Source of the DNA: Candidatus Iainarchaeum sp.
GTDB taxonomy: Archaea; Iainarchaeota; Iainarchaeia; Iainarchaeales; CSSED10-239
Assembly: GCA_028693335.1 (NCBI GenBank)
Contig: JAQUVR010000001.1
Coordinates: 1 to 26,409 of the forward strand
Direction of reading: 5' to 3'
Length of the DNA stretch: 26,409 nucleotides
The translations under genes and the position numbers were made by a program. Of the stretch, positions 24,617-26,409 are shown piece after piece (the stretch's first letter is position 1; every line of letters starts with the position of its first letter). The notes beneath the pieces were generated by a model. That model worked only from the letters and a program-made list of their open reading frames with translations, was not told the origin of the DNA and did not search any database.

Positions 24617-25861
24617 TTATTTTTTTTTATTAATTACTGTATTTAATAAATCAGTATTATAATTTTTTATTATGCTTCTATAATCTAAATTATACAATAC
24701 ATTATCTTTATATATTAAACAAACTTTATTATCAGAATAATCTTTTAAAACAATATTATTCTCGATAATATTTAATATAATATTTCTATTTCTATTTTGC
24801 GTTATTTTTGCATGACTATAACCATCTATGTATAACATATTTCGCCAGTGATCTAATAATTTAAAATGCTCTTTACTTTCTGCCCAAGATATGGGGATTA
24901 TGTGATGTAATTCGAATCCAATTGTTCTTTTTATTTTATGCTTAGTAAAATATAATACTTTAGATCTAACAGATCTAGATAATTTTACATTAAAATCCAA
25001 ATCTATTTTTTTGCCAGAAAGTATTAATTTTTCATCATTTAAAATATCAAAATAAATTGTTTGTTCTAACAAATAAAATATTTGCATAATTTTATTTTTC
25101 CAATTGTAGAAATCTCTTTGTTCTTTTTTATTACCAGAATAATTTGTTGGATTTAAATTGATTTTTAATTTATCAATTACTGCTTTTTGTATTGTTGGAG
25201 GCAACGATCTAAATTCAATAATTAAATTAATTGCTTCTTCTTTAGTTAAATTAAATTCATCTGGAACCCCAATTGCAGATATAAAAAACATATAATCATA
25301 ACAAGTAATATAACTTATTTTATTAAAATTATATAAATCTTTGAATAAACTTAAAATTATATCTATTTGACCATGTAATAATTGATCTATTCCTTTAGAA
25401 AATATAAAATATTTATCTATTATCGATTTTTTTGACAAAAATTTTAATCCTTGATCACTAAGAGAGACATATTTTATTAATTCTTTTTTATACGGGTTTG
25501 TTGGTTCTTTATTTTTGTTAAATCTAATTATAAACCCCATTCGGTGTAAATCTACAAATAAATTTTTTCTCATTGCATCTTGAGTTCCTATACCTGTTTC
25601 TTTTTTTACAGCATTACAAAATTCAGAATAAATAAATTCATCAGAATTATTTTCTTTGCGTTTAGAAATATCTGTTGTTCTTATAGTCATCAAATTTTGA
25701 TTTGGAGCAAAATCATTTAATAATTCTAATAATTTAATTATTTGAGCAAATGTAAATCTATTGTGTTCTGAAGATATTTGTCCTCTATAATTTTTACTTT
25801 TTATTCTAAGTTCTAAATATTCTAAAGATTTATTTCCAGGATACATATTTTTTAAATTCAT
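24617..25861 (-). CDS. Putative restriction endonuclease with C-terminal HNH nuclease motif
   Basis: 414-aa ORF 13 nt downstream of a DNA methyltransferase on the same strand. HNH-like GFELHHIIPISWAESKEHFKLLDHWRNMLYIDGYSHAKI near the C-terminus. Confidence 0.65.
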   Translation of the reverse strand: MNLKNMYPGNKSLEYLELRIKSKNYRGQISSEHNRFTFAQIIKLLELLNDFAPNQNLMTIRTTDISKRKENNSDEFIYSEFCNAVKKETGIGTQDAMRKNLFVDLHRMGFIIRFNKNKEPTNPYKKELIKYVSLSDQGLKFLSKKSIIDKYFIFSKGIDQLLHGQIDIILSLFKDLYNFNKISYITCYDYMFFISAIGVPDEFNLTKEEAINLIIEFRSLPPTIQKAVIDKLKINLNPTNYSGNKKEQRDFYNWKNKIMQIFYLLEQTIYFDILNDEKLILSGKKIDLDFNVKLSRSVRSKVLYFTKHKIKRTIGFELHHIIPISWAESKEHFKLLDHWRNMLYIDGYSHAKITQNRNRNIILNIIENNIVLKDYSDNKVCLIYKDNVLYNLDYRSIIKNYNTDLLNTVINKKK

Positions 25862-25874
25862 ATCTGTCGTTTTT

Positions 25875-26409
25875 TTATTTTAATTTATTATTTGCTAATA
25901 AAATATATTGTTTATTATTATCACAACCAATAAAATTGCGTTTAAGTTTTTTTGCAGCAATAGCTGTTGTTCCAGATCCTAAAAAACAATCTAAAACTAA
26001 GTCACCTTTATTACTGCTTGCTAAAACAATCCTTTCAATTAAGTCTAGTGGTTTTGGAGTTATGTGTTCCAATTTTTGAGTTTTACCATTTATTTTATTT
26101 TTGTGTCTTTCACTAGAATAATGCCAAATTTCCCCACACAATTTCCCATTAGGATTTGGATACCATCTTTTCCCATTTTTTATTATTCCTTTTTCCATTG
26201 CATGTTCAATACGATCAGTAGATTCATAAGGAACTCTTATATCATTATAATTAAAAACATATTTTTTTGATTTAGTAAAAAATAAAATTGTTTCTTGACC
26301 ATTTGTATATTTTTTTGTTGCACTAGTAAACCCATCTCGCTTATCCCAAACAATCCAATTTTGAAAACACATTCCCTTTTCAACTAAATATTGTAATATA
26401 TATGCTGAA
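25875..26409 (-). CDS. Beta-class N4/N6 DNA methyltransferase, 5' end beyond window
   Basis: C-terminal SAM motif I LVLDCFLGSGTTAIAAKKLKRNFIGCD preceded by HITPKPLDLIERIV. The frame stays open from the track ATG (26372) to the window end, so the DPPY-type catalytic motif is expected upstream of the window. Confidence 0.85.
   Translation of the reverse strand, partial: SAYILQYLVEKGMCFQNWIVWDKRDGFTSATKKYTNGQETILFFTKSKKYVFNYNDIRVPYESTDRIEHAMEKGIIKNGKRWYPNPNGKLCGEIWHYSSERHKNKINGKTQKLEHITPKPLDLIERIVLASSNKGDLVLDCFLGSGTTAIAAKKLKRNFIGCDNNKQYILLANNKLK

Noticed and set aside
1-26409. Over-representation of GATC, often as AGATCT
   Set aside because: My hand count found roughly 135-140 GATC, against about 60 expected from mononucleotide composition at my estimated GC. 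G is mostly followed by A and C mostly preceded by T in this coding sequence (GAT, GAA, AGA, TCT, ATC codons; frequent Asp-Leu as gat-ct.). A dinucleotide or codon-aware model would probably absorb most of the excess. It needs a Markov-model palindrome analysis before any link to methylation or restriction is claimed.
1-26409. CRISPR arrays, rRNA, transposases, integrases, large non-coding RNAs
   Set aside because: The largest intergenic gaps are under 190 nt (the 173-nt gap at 14666-14838 in the ORF track is mostly coding once the GLUG gene start is extended). No spaced direct repeats were seen, and no ORF carries DDE, tyrosine-recombinase or serine-recombinase motifs that I could recognise.

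Overview
Very AT-rich (about 25-30% GC by eye), gene-dense 26.4-kb window. I call 24 protein-coding genes (two run off the window edges) and one tRNA-Thr(UGU). I saw no rRNA, CRISPR array, transposase or integrase. Several features suggest a small-genome, DPANN-like archaeon, which is inference only: an archaeal/eukaryal-type LeuRS, a Dph6/MJ0570-type domain, a Bud23-like methyltransferase, TTTATAAA boxes, and U73 on tRNA-Thr. Most of the window is housekeeping or transport: CorA, a peptidase-U32 family protein, SAM methyltransferases, MscS, and a MacB/FtsX-type ABC operon. The accessory content is more interesting. (1) At the left end, two tandem paralogous secreted proteins share an unassignable 4-Cys module plus a second conserved module but carry different flanking domains. 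One carries an NlpC/P60 cell-wall hydrolase and is split by a frameshift. (2) A GLUG-repeat surface protein has its ATG separated from its signal-anchor by an out-of-frame A10 tract. (3) One protein fuses two PP-loop amidoligase domains (AsnB-like plus Dph6-like). (4) The ABC operon has two FtsX permeases bracketing a membrane-anchored triple CARDB-like protein. (5) A block next to the tRNA holds an HNH endonuclease, a beta-class DNA methyltransferase, and a membrane coiled-coil protein with Cys at successive core heptad positions. All family assignments come from motifs read by eye; no searches were run.
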